Below are positions 15,203 through 25,429 of a stretch of DNA of 64,000 bases, piece after piece. Made by a program: the position numbers and the translations under genes. Position 1 is the stretch's first letter. Each line of letters starts with the position of its first letter. The notes under the pieces were generated by a model. The model was not told the origin of the DNA, did no database searches, and saw nothing but the letters and a program-made list of their open reading frames with translations. Origin of the DNA: a virus; IMG/VR virus record IMGVR_UViG_3300032268_000973, positions 96,001 to 160,000 of that record; one strand, given 5' to 3'.

Positions 15203-18200
15203 ACAAGTAAATTTTGAATTTGATTTATTACCATTTTTGATGTGATTGAAGTGTGACATTCGAATTGTCTTGAAGTCCCTTTGTGGAGGGGACACCAATT
15301 CCAATCACCTCTATCAAACTTGAAGTCGGCATTGTTCCAACAACTGTTACATACGTTAGGATTTGTAATTCTTGTGCAATTTGAAGTAAACTCATGGTCT
15401 TTTTCCGTAAAGTTACTAATCATGACTACGTGTTTTCCTAAAGCCCAAGATAACCAAGACAACCCGCTAGAAAGACCTATAAAGAAGTCACTATGATAAA
15501 TAACATTCATTGTATTTTCTATAGATGTGTCAGTAATTTTTTCACAATTATCGAATGCATTATCTTCCTTAGATACATTGATGACTTTATATCCAATGGA
15601 AGTTAGGTGATTTATCAATTCTTGCCATCCTTCTCTTGTCCAAAATTTACAACCAGCGGTAGAGTTGGTTGCAATTGTAATATATTTTGTATCATACGGG
15701 TTATCTTTTGGGACGAATGAAATTCTTGGCCTAATTTCTTCAAATGGTAACCCCAATATATTTGTCGCAGCTTTCTGTAATGGAATTGTGTTTGGTAAAG
15801 TTGGTTCTTTATTAAGGTCATAAAACCAACCGAGATTATATTGCCCAAATATACCGTGAACTATACTTCCAGGTTCCACAAATTCTAAATTTGGATAAAC
15901 ATCCTTGAATAACTTGTTCCAATAAGTACAAACTGTAACATCACATTGATGAACCTCTTTGAATTTTTCAACATATGGTAACCAAGCAATGTTGTCCCCC
16001 AAAGATTTACTATCGAAATTTATAAAAACACGAAGACCTGTATAGTCCAAAGTTTTATCGTATATCAAATCTCCATTCTCAAATATTTTTGTTCTCCAAC
16101 GGGTAAAATATTCCCTATTCAATTTTATCCAATGATTTGATTTAATGACATTGTGATAATGACAATAATTTTCTTCGTCGAACAACATGATGCTAAAATC
16201 GCTATCACTTTCTCCTTTGATTTCTAAGAAAGGTTGGTTAATAAAATATTGGGTTATTGAAATATTTGGATCAATCATATTATTTTTTTTGATTTCATTA
16301 GACATTATTTTTTTATAAAAAATATAATGAGTATCTGCAAATTTCTCTAAAGAACCTTTAGTCTCATTATATTTTCTTTCTGAACTTATTAGATCTCGTA
16401 ATATTTGAACATTTCTTTCCAAATCTTCTTCGAGATTTACAATGAATGGATCAAACATTTCCATGTATTGTGGTAAATTACGGCAAATAATTTTTAATCC
16501 ATAAGAAGCCGCTTCTCTCACAACTAATGGATTACATTCCCAAGTTGAATTGAAAATAAAAACATCTGAAGCTTTCATAAATGTTTCAATGTCTCCTCTT
16601 TCTCCCCAAATATGAACATTGGAAGGTAAATTCAACATTAATGGTTTCCAATATTCCTCAAAGTTTGGGGCTTGATTACCCACGAAATGGAATTCAACTC
16701 CCTCAGATTGAAAATATCTTGCGATATCGATAGCTTCCTTTTGATTTTTTCCTTGTGACCATAGCCCAACACTCAATACATGAATTTTTGTTGGGTCAAA
16801 GTCCAATTCCATTTGCGCGTTTGTCTGATCTTCTTTATTTCTGAATTTATTTTCAATCGGAAATTCCATTACCTCAGTTGGAGAAGACACATTTTTGAAT
16901 GTTTGTTGTTCATGGAATGGAGTACAAAAAGAGTATCCGTCGGGGTCATATTTCTTCATCAATTCTGGTTTAAACCAAATGTTGTGACAAGTTTCCACCA
17001 TTCTCCAAGTTCTATTATTATCATATAAAGCTTTCATTACAGTTCCTGAAACTTTATTGAATGAGTCAAAACCTTCTATCATTTCATCCACATGTACAAT
17101 ATCGATATTATTTCGTTTGATGATGTCGATTATCTTCAGTGAATCCGTGTCATTATTATTACCTAATGAATTCAGGGTCCAAAATCTATTTTCGGGAATA
17201 ATATTTTTGATAATATCTCGTTGAACGGTATATGTTGATGAATACAGGCAATATTCAACAACGTAGATTTCAATCTCAGGATAATTTTTTTGTAATGATT
17301 GAATTCTTTTCAATAGGTATGCTGGCATTCCTCCAGTCGATAAATGTGGGGCCAAATAAAGTATTCGGAGTTTTTTGGAAAACTTGTCTGAAAAAAACTC
17401 ATTATTTTTGTCGTTCCAAGGTGAGTTAATAAGCAAATTTTCAGAGATTGAAGTATCTCCAACTTCAAAATTTAATTCTGATAGTGTGGTATAATAAACA
17501 TCAGATGTAAGATTAGTTGCACTATAAAAATCTCTATTTACCGAAGCAAAATAATCCATAAATTTAAATTCCCCTCCGATTAAATTTTTACCTAAATTTA
17601 CATAATGGTTTGGCACACCATAAGCATCTGATACAATTAAACCGTGTAAACTTGAAGATAGAATCAATTCACATTCCAATAATTGATCTATAAATTCATA
17701 GATACCAGCGGTAATATTCACAATTTTTACCCCCAAATCTTCTAACTGGTTGATTGTCTTTAAACATAAATCCGATTGAAAATCTGAATAGTGGGGTATA
17801 ACACCATACTTATATCGTTTTTCAATATTCGGATTATACTTTTTCGGGAAAAGTAATGCGGGATCACCAAACACATTTGGAACATCCCATCCATTTTTCA
17901 ACAAACAATTTCTTGTTAGAGGGCCTCGAACTGCATAAACTTTTTGCGGTATATCACCTATGCTGTAAGGATCCAAACATCCTGGCCCCCAAACATAATC
18001 ATTGGGTTTGGAAAATAGGAGATTACTTCCGACAGATAAAATTTTACCATTTTTTTCAATCATTTGTCCCTCAGTGTCAAAATGAAAAACATCCGTATCT
18101 TCTAACGATTTCTGTGAAAAGTGAGTTAAAATATGTTTCGATACTATATCTCCCCAATTATTTTCAGGTTTTATATATTCGTATTTTCTTATATAGAAAT

Positions 18201-20943
18201 ATTTTTGGATATCGTGCATCATCATCTCCATTATTTCGGGATCTTTTTCTCCGTGAAAAAACAGGACTTGTTCTTTGATTGATGGAGCTCTTAACCAATC
18301 TCCCAAAAAGTTTAAAACATCTGGACCTTTATATTCCACTTGTGTAAACATCTTCTTAACAGTTTCCAAAGTTCCGTTGACGTATAGGTATGGAAGACCA
18401 ATGTCTATTTTGTATTTCCAAAGTAAAACATTCAAGATGGTTTCTTCATCATAAGGGGCATAATGGCTTATGTCTTTTTCAATTTTTGGGTGTTTACACA
18501 TCCAATACCATTCATCTAAGAAGTCCAAAGTATTTTGACCTGCCACAAAGTAACCCGTTTGTCTGTATAGTTTTCTGACCGATTGGTCGACACTAAAAAG
18601 TTCACAAGCATTGTGTTCTAATGTATCACATAATTCCCCTCCTAATGGTCCTCCTTTACCTCTTCCATTGTATGTAAGATATTCATATACACCTTCAACA
18701 AAATATGGGAAAGGTGATTTACGGTCGTAGTAAAAGAAGATTGTGTCAACTAATGGTGTTGCAACTGAATCACTATCCACATAACAAACGTTGTGGGCAT
18801 ATTTTTGAAGAGCGTCTTTAATTATGAGAGGTCTTTGAATTAAAATCTTATATATTGTTGGATTTTTTCTATCAATATAAAAATTACCTTCAACGGATAG
18901 GTATGAATTTTCATCTGGTTGGTCAATATCACAATCCCATCGTATGACTGTTACGTCATCCACATTTATTTTTTTGTTGGAGTTAATCAAATAAACTATG
19001 ATTGGAATTCCACTATATCTTCTGATTGATTTGACACACATTGTGACAACATCCAAATAATTTTCAGTACAATATAGAACAAACGCTTTGTCTGATTTGG
19101 ACTGATACTTATCTGTGAAGTAATACCCGTATTCGTCATTCGAATAGATCATATTCAACTTTGGATATCTTGATGACATTACCTTAGGGGTCAAATCATA
19201 TTGATGATGGGTTTCATACTTATTTCCAAAGCATTCACTTTGTTTCATCAAATAATGAACCCCAACCAAGCAAGTTTTAAATTTGAAGTGTATTCGATCA
19301 ATCAAATCAACTGATTGAACTTCTGTCAAGTGATCCAATACATCCCCTAAAATTAAAAAATCGTATTCACTGAAGTCAAAGTCACATATGTCTCCAATGA
19401 ATACGTTGTCATATTTTTCTCGTAAATTAAATTCACTAACATAGGGTTCCCAAATTTCTATGCAATCCATTTGATAACCAAATTGCCTTAATAAGTCAGA
19501 ATATGTTCCTTTTCCTGGCCCAACATCTAAAATTTTACTGTCTAAAGGAATATTTGCGATTATAAAATCCCTTACTTCTTCTTTATAAAATTTATTATTT
19601 TCGGAGCAATATTGAACAAGTTCTTTGAAATGTTTTGGAGATTCTTTTGAATTAGGATTCATAATTATGAATTCGTCTTTAGAAACGTTAGTTCCATACA
19701 AATAACCGTGATAAGTAATAGCACCGTTGTATATCAAATTTATTTCATTTTCAATTTGAAATTCTCTAACTGGAGAATCAACTCTGTAAAATCTATAATC
19801 ATCTATTAACGATAGGATTGCTTTGCTGTAAGCGACAGGACCCGTCAAATGAAGGACAGCTTTTTTTCCTTTTTTTCCATCATAATTTCTTATGTTTTCT
19901 TTGACAAGTTCAATAGTTTGTTTTAAAAAAGGGTGATTTGGAACACTTATAATGTGCCAGTTTTGAAATTCCCCCAACTGGTATTCTAATAATTCATTCC
20001 AATCTTTTCCAATCCAATGAGAGAGTAAGTATTCATCTGTTGGGAGAATTGTTTCACTCAAAGGTCTACTCGTTGAAGATTTGATATCTAGATAGACACC
20101 TCCGATTTTATAAATCAAAAGGTATCTGAAAAAATCAGCTCTACATGATCCATAATTGGGATTTATACTTAGATATAACGAAAGTGTTTCATCATCATAA
20201 TGTTCTTTGATAAAATTGTAACAATCTTCGTCATCATAAAATCTATATTCGAAATCAGGATTCATTTTTTTTAAATTTTCTACCGTATTCTCGATTTCTT
20301 TTGGTAGTTCTTTCGTCCTGAATGTTTGATGAATTATTTTAGGTATTTTTATTTTTGTGAGAACAACATCGGTTTCATTGTAACTTATTTGATAATTTTT
20401 GAATCTTTGAAGTAATTTATTTATTTCTTCGATGTTGGATACATTTGGGTGTTTTTCGAATTTGATTTTGTCAGCAAATAATATTGGTAATTTTTCACAC
20501 ATATCTAAATAGTCATTCAGAATTACGTGATCATATCCTTCAGTATCAATTTTTAAGTATCCAATAGACCCTACTTCTTCACTTTGAACTAGAGTCTTCC
20601 AAGAAACGGTGGGTACTTTATCAATTTTTACAATTGAATTGTATAGTTCCTCACCTAATTCTTTAATAGCAAAAGGATGAGGGTGATTTACGCTATTACT
20701 TCCTCTTATCCACCATTTTAAATCGTGTTCTTTAATTTTTTCATCAGGTATGTAATAAATGTCTATGTCACCGTCCACATCTGATACCGCTAGTTGAATT
20801 TTTTTGACGTTTTTTTTATTTGGTAATCTGTCTAAATAATATTTTATCGGTTCTATACTAAGACCAACCATATTATCGTCCGACGATTCAATTAAAGTGT
20901 CAAAATCGGATGTCCCGATTTCTATAAAATCGTAATGTTTCAT
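15199..20943 (-). CDS. 1914-aa multidomain transferase: FkbM MTase + GT32 + SAM MTase + GT-A + polysaccharide pyruvyltransferase + GT4 + BAHT (AAH/TibC-type) heptosyltransferase
   Basis: FIEIGTSDF...LKIDTEG; IPKIIHQT...GGVYLDIK; ILDVGPGKG; CYVDSDS; NWGDI...VRGPLT...SSSLHGLI; YLAPHLSTGG...ECNPLVVREA; SLGDNIAW...CNSCW...WCP...QFEC. Confidence 0.85.
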   Translation of the reverse strand: MKHYDFIEIGTSDFDTLIESSDDNMVGLSIEPIKYYLDRLPNKKNVKKIQLAVSDVDGDIDIYYIPDEKIKEHDLKWWIRGSNSVNHPHPFAIKELGEELYNSIVKIDKVPTVSWKTLVQSEEVGSIGYLKIDTEGYDHVILNDYLDMCEKLPILFADKIKFEKHPNVSNIEEINKLLQRFKNYQISYNETDVVLTKIKIPKIIHQTFRTKELPKEIENTVENLKKMNPDFEYRFYDDEDCYNFIKEHYDDETLSLYLSINPNYGSCRADFFRYLLIYKIGGVYLDIKSSTSRPLSETILPTDEYLLSHWIGKDWNELLEYQLGEFQNWHIISVPNHPFLKQTIELVKENIRNYDGKKGKKAVLHLTGPVAYSKAILSLIDDYRFYRVDSPVREFQIENEINLIYNGAITYHGYLYGTNVSKDEFIIMNPNSKESPKHFKELVQYCSENNKFYKEEVRDFIIANIPLDSKILDVGPGKGTYSDLLRQFGYQMDCIEIWEPYVSEFNLREKYDNVFIGDICDFDFSEYDFLILGDVLDHLTEVQSVDLIDRIHFKFKTCLVGVHYLMKQSECFGNKYETHHQYDLTPKVMSSRYPKLNMIYSNDEYGYYFTDKYQSKSDKAFVLYCTENYLDVVTMCVKSIRRYSGIPIIVYLINSNKKINVDDVTVIRWDCDIDQPDENSYLSVEGNFYIDRKNPTIYKILIQRPLIIKDALQKYAHNVCYVDSDSVATPLVDTIFFYYDRKSPFPYFVEGVYEYLTYNGRGKGGPLGGELCDTLEHNACELFSVDQSVRKLYRQTGYFVAGQNTLDFLDEWYWMCKHPKIEKDISHYAPYDEETILNVLLWKYKIDIGLPYLYVNGTLETVKKMFTQVEYKGPDVLNFLGDWLRAPSIKEQVLFFHGEKDPEIMEMMMHDIQKYFYIRKYEYIKPENNWGDIVSKHILTHFSQKSLEDTDVFHFDTEGQMIEKNGKILSVGSNLLFSKPNDYVWGPGCLDPYSIGDIPQKVYAVRGPLTRNCLLKNGWDVPNVFGDPALLFPKKYNPNIEKRYKYGVIPHYSDFQSDLCLKTINQLEDLGVKIVNITAGIYEFIDQLLECELILSSSLHGLIVSDAYGVPNHYVNLGKNLIGGEFKFMDYFASVNRDFYSATNLTSDVYYTTLSELNFEVGDTSISENLLINSPWNDKNNEFFSDKFSKKLRILYLAPHLSTGGMPAYLLKRIQSLQKNYPEIEIYVVEYCLYSSTYTVQRDIIKNIIPENRFWTLNSLGNNNDTDSLKIIDIIKRNNIDIVHVDEMIEGFDSFNKVSGTVMKALYDNNRTWRMVETCHNIWFKPELMKKYDPDGYSFCTPFHEQQTFKNVSSPTEVMEFPIENKFRNKEDQTNAQMELDFDPTKIHVLSVGLWSQGKNQKEAIDIARYFQSEGVEFHFVGNQAPNFEEYWKPLMLNLPSNVHIWGERGDIETFMKASDVFIFNSTWECNPLVVREAASYGLKIICRNLPQYMEMFDPFIVNLEEDLERNVQILRDLISSERKYNETKGSLEKFADTHYIFYKKIMSNEIKKNNMIDPNISITQYFINQPFLEIKGESDSDFSIMLFDEENYCHYHNVIKSNHWIKLNREYFTRWRTKIFENGDLIYDKTLDYTGLRVFINFDSKSLGDNIAWLPYVEKFKEVHQCDVTVCTYWNKLFKDVYPNLEFVEPGSIVHGIFGQYNLGWFYDLNKEPTLPNTIPLQKAATNILGLPFEEIRPRISFVPKDNPYDTKYITIATNSTAGCKFWTREGWQELINHLTSIGYKVINVSKEDNAFDNCEKITDTSIENTMNVIYHSDFFIGLSSGLSWLSWALGKHVVMISNFTEKDHEFTSNCTRITNPNVCNSCWNNADFKFDRGDWNWCPLHKGTSRQFECHTSITSKMVINQIQNLLV

Positions 20944-21881
20944 TTTAAAATTTCTAAAATTTTGTTAAAAACTTGTAACACGTTTGGATGACAAACAAAT
21001 TCTGATTTGTTTTCCAAACATCCAATCAACGGGGGTACTCCCCGAATAGAATCCCATTCCCTTACACCATATCTCATATCAGATGCACAAGCAATTTTAC
21101 AAGCACCATCAACATAATGATATTTGTAATCTTGTGATCCATTTCTATAAGGTGCTCTTAATTTGTGATTTATTGAACCACCGAGTTGAATGATGTTTGC
21201 GTCCGTTGTTCCTGCTAAATGTAGAAACCCTGAGTCCATTGTAACAACAGCCAAACTTTTTTGCATCAACCACCAAGTTTGAGAAATTGAGGTGAGGTTC
21301 ATTAAATTCAATCCATCTCGAATTGGGAAATCAAAAATTGGTTTTTGAACTTTGTGAAATCCATCTTCTTGAGAATTTTTACCGACCGAAATAACCGAAA
21401 TACCTGAATCGTTCAACATAGTTGTAAGTAATACCCACTTTTCTGCTGACCAAGTTCTTGATGGCCAAGATTGAACGGGATGTATTACCACAAACTTTTC
21501 AGGTAAATTAGGAATTGGTTTCCATTCATCAGGAAAATAATCCATTTGACATTCCTCGGGTAAAAGTTGAAATCCAAGGCCTGCGGCATGAAATTGCCTG
21601 ATATCCATCACGTTATGCCTCAAACCAAGACCATACCTATTTTCCAAGTTGGGTGCAAAACTTACTAGTAATTCATAGTTGTCTTGTAATTCCTCCCTAT
21701 TAGAATTATCTGTATTGTAAATTCGATTTACATACTTGTTGTTTTTGAATAAATGAGGGAAATCAGTTAGGACTGAGATTCTTTTTCCGTATACGTAAAA
21801 AAGTTTTCGTAAAGATGGAGTAGAACAAATTGTGTCTCCGAGTCCTTTACATAAGTGTAAATCTAATAATGGTTCTTTCAT
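20940..21881 (-). CDS. GT9-family (heptosyltransferase-like) glycosyltransferase with C-terminal Cys cluster
   Basis: GLGDTICSTP, VVIHP...SRTWS..KW, VTMDSGFLHLAG; C-terminal CKIAC...C...C. Confidence 0.85.
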   Translation of the reverse strand: MKEPLLDLHLCKGLGDTICSTPSLRKLFYVYGKRISVLTDFPHLFKNNKYVNRIYNTDNSNREELQDNYELLVSFAPNLENRYGLGLRHNVMDIRQFHAAGLGFQLLPEECQMDYFPDEWKPIPNLPEKFVVIHPVQSWPSRTWSAEKWVLLTTMLNDSGISVISVGKNSQEDGFHKVQKPIFDFPIRDGLNLMNLTSISQTWWLMQKSLAVVTMDSGFLHLAGTTDANIIQLGGSINHKLRAPYRNGSQDYKYHYVDGACKIACASDMRYGVREWDSIRGVPPLIGCLENKSEFVCHPNVLQVFNKILEILK

Positions 21882-21934
21882 ATTAAAAAAATATATGAAA
21901 GACTGAGGTCAAAATCTATAAACTAATGGTGTGT

Positions 21935-22102
21935 TTATCTAGTTTTTTTCTCAGAATTGTATAATTTGAGAAGTTTGAGAGAATCTTTATAACGTTTTTC
22001 CAATCTGTCAAGTTCTTCTACAGTTACACAAGTGTCACATGCGGCCTCATATTGGTCCTGAGCTTCCTTGATAATATTTTGTATTGTCTTCAAGAGTTTC
22101 AT
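21935..22102 (-). CDS. Small protein, 55 aa (MKLLKTIQNIIKEAQ...CDTC...)
   Basis: Clean ORF in the intergenic gap, preceded by a TATTTAT motif. Confidence 0.6.
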   Translation of the reverse strand: MKLLKTIQNIIKEAQDQYEAACDTCVTVEELDRLEKRYKDSLKLLKLYNSEKKTR

Positions 22103-22213
22103 ACATCAATAAATATTATCCAAGGTCTACTTTATTTGTTTTTTTAGAAAACTATATTTTGGGATGAGTAAAAACCTTTAGACTGGTTATTTATATTATA
22201 CAAAAAAATTTTT

Positions 22214-25200
22214 ATGGCGTGTACGTGTTTCTATTATGATGTTATTATCGACCAAATAGATTTGGATGACGCAACGGGTAATACCGATCCAGGTAAGTTT
22301 GATGGTACCGTATATGTTGACTATATTGATTGTAGTGGTAACTCACAACAAGATTTATACACACTTTCAGGTACATTCTTAAATGACCTTTGTATAGACA
22401 CAACTGGTTCTCCAGCACCTAACATTTATTATTATAAAAATAATACCCAAATTGTTGGACCATCTTCGTCAGTAAGTCAAACTTTAATTGAATGTTGTGG
22501 TGGAGGTGTAACCCCAACTCCAAATCCAACTCCGTCACAAACACCTACAAATCAAACTCCAACTAATACCGAAACACCAACTCCAACACCAACTCCAACT
22601 GAAACATCAACCCCCACCGAAACACCAACACAAACGGTAACTCCATCAACTACACCTCCACCAGATGGTTGTGTTTGTTATCAATATACAAATGATGGAG
22701 ATCCTGGTGGAATAAATTCAATAACTTATTTAGATTGTAATCACGTTTCACAATCTATAAACAATGTTCCATTTCCTGGTGGGACTGGATATTTCTGTGC
22801 AATTTTAGGGAGTGTTACTGCTTCATCAGGACTTACAATTATCCAAGTTGATGAAAGCTTTTGTGGTGGATGTATTGAAGGACTAACTCCGACTCCTACA
22901 CCAACAAATACTTCAACCCCTACTGAAACACCAACACAGACCTCAACTCAAACTGAAACTCCAACCGCTACGGTTGGATTGACTCCTACTGCCACTGAAA
23001 CTTCAACTCCGACTCCAACAGAGACACCTACAAATACTCCGAGCGAAACACCTACCAGTACACCGACTGAGACACCAACTCAGACGGCGACTAATACTGC
23101 AACGACAACTCCAACACAAACACCTACTCAAACTCCAACACAAACACCAACTAACACATCTACACCTACAGAAACACCTACTCAAACTCCAACTCAAACA
23201 CCAAGTCAAACTTCAACCCAAACACCGACTAATACGTCTACACCGACAGGGACACCAACTCAAACTTCAACCCAAACCCCAACTCAAACATCGACTCAAA
23301 CTCCAACAAATACTTCAACCCCAACTCAAACATCGACTCAAACTCCAACAAATACTTCAACGTCGACTCAAACTCCAACACCAACACAAACTCCAGGTTA
23401 TACTGTCCAATTCCAAGATTGTACAAACAGTTTAAATATATTCAGATTTTTTGACATCCCGATGACACTAACTCCAGGGTTGGTGTATTATATAAGTGGA
23501 GGAGTTGAATTTGAAGGATGTGCAACGGTTGTTGCTACAACTGGTGCAGGCGCTTTATATGATGGAGGTGGATACAGTTTTACTCAGACCGCGTCTGGAT
23601 GCGCTGACGCAGTTTGTCCTACAGAATCTAATGTTGCTGCTTTATTATATAAATGTTCTAATGGATCGGTATTTTATGCTAACGTAAAAGAAGATACTGC
23701 ATTCTTTGGAGCAACTTATCTATATAACGGAGAATGTTACAGTTTTGTTGAATTCTCAGGTCCAGGTGGACCTGATTTGAATGATCCTGATTTTGATGAT
23801 TGTTCATTTTGTGTTCCGACTCCAACACCTACTAACACACCACAACCTACTCCAACTCAAACACCAACCGTATCACCTTCACCTTCCGCATGTGCATTTA
23901 CTGATTTTTGTTTCTATACAACTTTACCTTCTTTTTCAGGGTATAATGGAAATTATGAAGTAGCAGGAACTTACAACTCAAGGTTATATTATTCTGGAGA
24001 TGGTTTGACCTCTGCTGTTATTTACCACACTGGTAATTATTGGTGTTTGAGTACATCATTGGGAGGTTCTTGTTTGTTGAGAGGGTCTTACCCTTGTAAA
24101 TCTCAGTGTCCTGATATTTCAGCCAATGATTTCAGTGGAGGGGTTTGTCCGACACCAACTCCAACCGCAATAGATTGTTCGACGTTCGACTTCGACGCAT
24201 ATTTCGATTGTGCTTACGTTCCTCCTGTAACTCCAACTCCAAGTATAGCTTGTGATGACGTAAACTTCACAATATCATCGTTTGGAGTAACTCCAACCCC
24301 TTCACCAACTGGTAACTTTTGTAGTGGAGTTGGTATTAGTTTCAGTTTGAGCGGATATAACCCTTCAACTCCAACGGTGACTTTAACTCCATCAGTGACT
24401 CTCACTAAAACCGTTTCAATCGAAGGAGTAGTGACCTATGGAATTATGGATCAAACTTTCAGTTGTGTTTCAGTAAAAGTCCTCACGGATTGTGGATCAG
24501 GAGAAGAATTCTATACTGCAGATTCTCTGTCTTTCAATGGAACCCCTGTGGTTATTGGAATGACAATGTTTGTTCAAGTTAATGGTGTAGATCGATGTGT
24601 AGTTTACACTCGAGACGATAAGAATTTATCTTCAAATAGTAATTTGGGGGCTATCACTCAGATATATGCTTCTTGTGAATATTGTAGCACTATCCCAACT
24701 CCAACACCAACTACGACATCAACACCAACCAATACTCCAACATCAACTGCAGGAATTACTCCAAGTGTAACCGCAACACAAACTGCGACACCATCTCAGA
24801 CTGCAACCGTTGGAACAACACCTCCACCAACTCCTACACAAACAAGTTCGCCAACGGCTACAAATACTCCAACACCATCTATTACAATGTCGCCATCAGC
24901 AACACCAAACTTCTTGTATGTGTATCAATCTTGTAACAGAATTGGTGGGGGTGCAGGAAGCTTTACTCAAGTAATTCAAACACAACCAGTTGGTTTTACT
25001 ATTGCGGTCAATGAAGTGTTCAAAGATACTAACGGAAATTGTTGGTATTATGTTGGGCAATTTAATACATCTTACATTGCTCCTCCAAAAGTTACTCCAA
25101 TCAACTTTGGAGGGAATTATTTTACAGGTGTTCCGAGTCAGACCTACACTGATTGTGTCACTTGTGCAACAGCTAACATCGGAACATTTGGAAATAGCGG

Positions 25201-25417
25201 AGTTAGTAATGTGAGTGTTGCCGACGCTTGTTCCGACGCAATAATTAACCCTAAGACATTATATTCTAACTGTACAGAGATAAATGTGGGATGTATATTA
25301 TATGACAACTCTAATTTGACAACAGTGGTTAGTGAAATATATGTATTCCACCAAGGTGCAAACTGGGATCTTAATGGATCAGGTGTTGTAACTGGATTAT
25401 CATCAACACAATGTTAA
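22214..25417 (+). CDS. Cys-rich, Thr/Pro-linker putative virion fibre/decoration protein
   Basis: Small Cys-paired domains separated by (TPT[Q/N/E])n tracts; no signal peptide; located upstream of a baseplate-like gene. Confidence 0.6.
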   Translation: MACTCFYYDVIIDQIDLDDATGNTDPGKFDGTVYVDYIDCSGNSQQDLYTLSGTFLNDLCIDTTGSPAPNIYYYKNNTQIVGPSSSVSQTLIECCGGGVTPTPNPTPSQTPTNQTPTNTETPTPTPTPTETSTPTETPTQTVTPSTTPPPDGCVCYQYTNDGDPGGINSITYLDCNHVSQSINNVPFPGGTGYFCAILGSVTASSGLTIIQVDESFCGGCIEGLTPTPTPTNTSTPTETPTQTSTQTETPTATVGLTPTATETSTPTPTETPTNTPSETPTSTPTETPTQTATNTATTTPTQTPTQTPTQTPTNTSTPTETPTQTPTQTPSQTSTQTPTNTSTPTGTPTQTSTQTPTQTSTQTPTNTSTPTQTSTQTPTNTSTSTQTPTPTQTPGYTVQFQDCTNSLNIFRFFDIPMTLTPGLVYYISGGVEFEGCATVVATTGAGALYDGGGYSFTQTASGCADAVCPTESNVAALLYKCSNGSVFYANVKEDTAFFGATYLYNGECYSFVEFSGPGGPDLNDPDFDDCSFCVPTPTPTNTPQPTPTQTPTVSPSPSACAFTDFCFYTTLPSFSGYNGNYEVAGTYNSRLYYSGDGLTSAVIYHTGNYWCLSTSLGGSCLLRGSYPCKSQCPDISANDFSGGVCPTPTPTAIDCSTFDFDAYFDCAYVPPVTPTPSIACDDVNFTISSFGVTPTPSPTGNFCSGVGISFSLSGYNPSTPTVTLTPSVTLTKTVSIEGVVTYGIMDQTFSCVSVKVLTDCGSGEEFYTADSLSFNGTPVVIGMTMFVQVNGVDRCVVYTRDDKNLSSNSNLGAITQIYASCEYCSTIPTPTPTTTSTPTNTPTSTAGITPSVTATQTATPSQTATVGTTPPPTPTQTSSPTATNTPTPSITMSPSATPNFLYVYQSCNRIGGGAGSFTQVIQTQPVGFTIAVNEVFKDTNGNCWYYVGQFNTSYIAPPKVTPINFGGNYFTGVPSQTYTDCVTCATANIGTFGNSGVSNVSVADACSDAIINPKTLYSNCTEINVGCILYDNSNLTTVVSEIYVFHQGANWDLNGSGVVTGLSSTQC
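22880..23395 (+). repeat. Long Thr/Pro low-complexity tract (TPTQ/TPTN/TSTP units)
   Basis: About 170 codons of AC(N)/CCA-rich imperfect repeats; shorter tracts occur near 22510, 23820, 24690, 26790, 29210, 30000 and 30340. Confidence 0.9.
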
Positions 25418-25429
25418 ACAAAATTTGAA

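Noticed and set aside
15281-18578. Plus-strand ORFs inside the 1914-aa gene
   Set aside because: Short, no recognisable motifs, antisense to a well-supported multidomain CDS.
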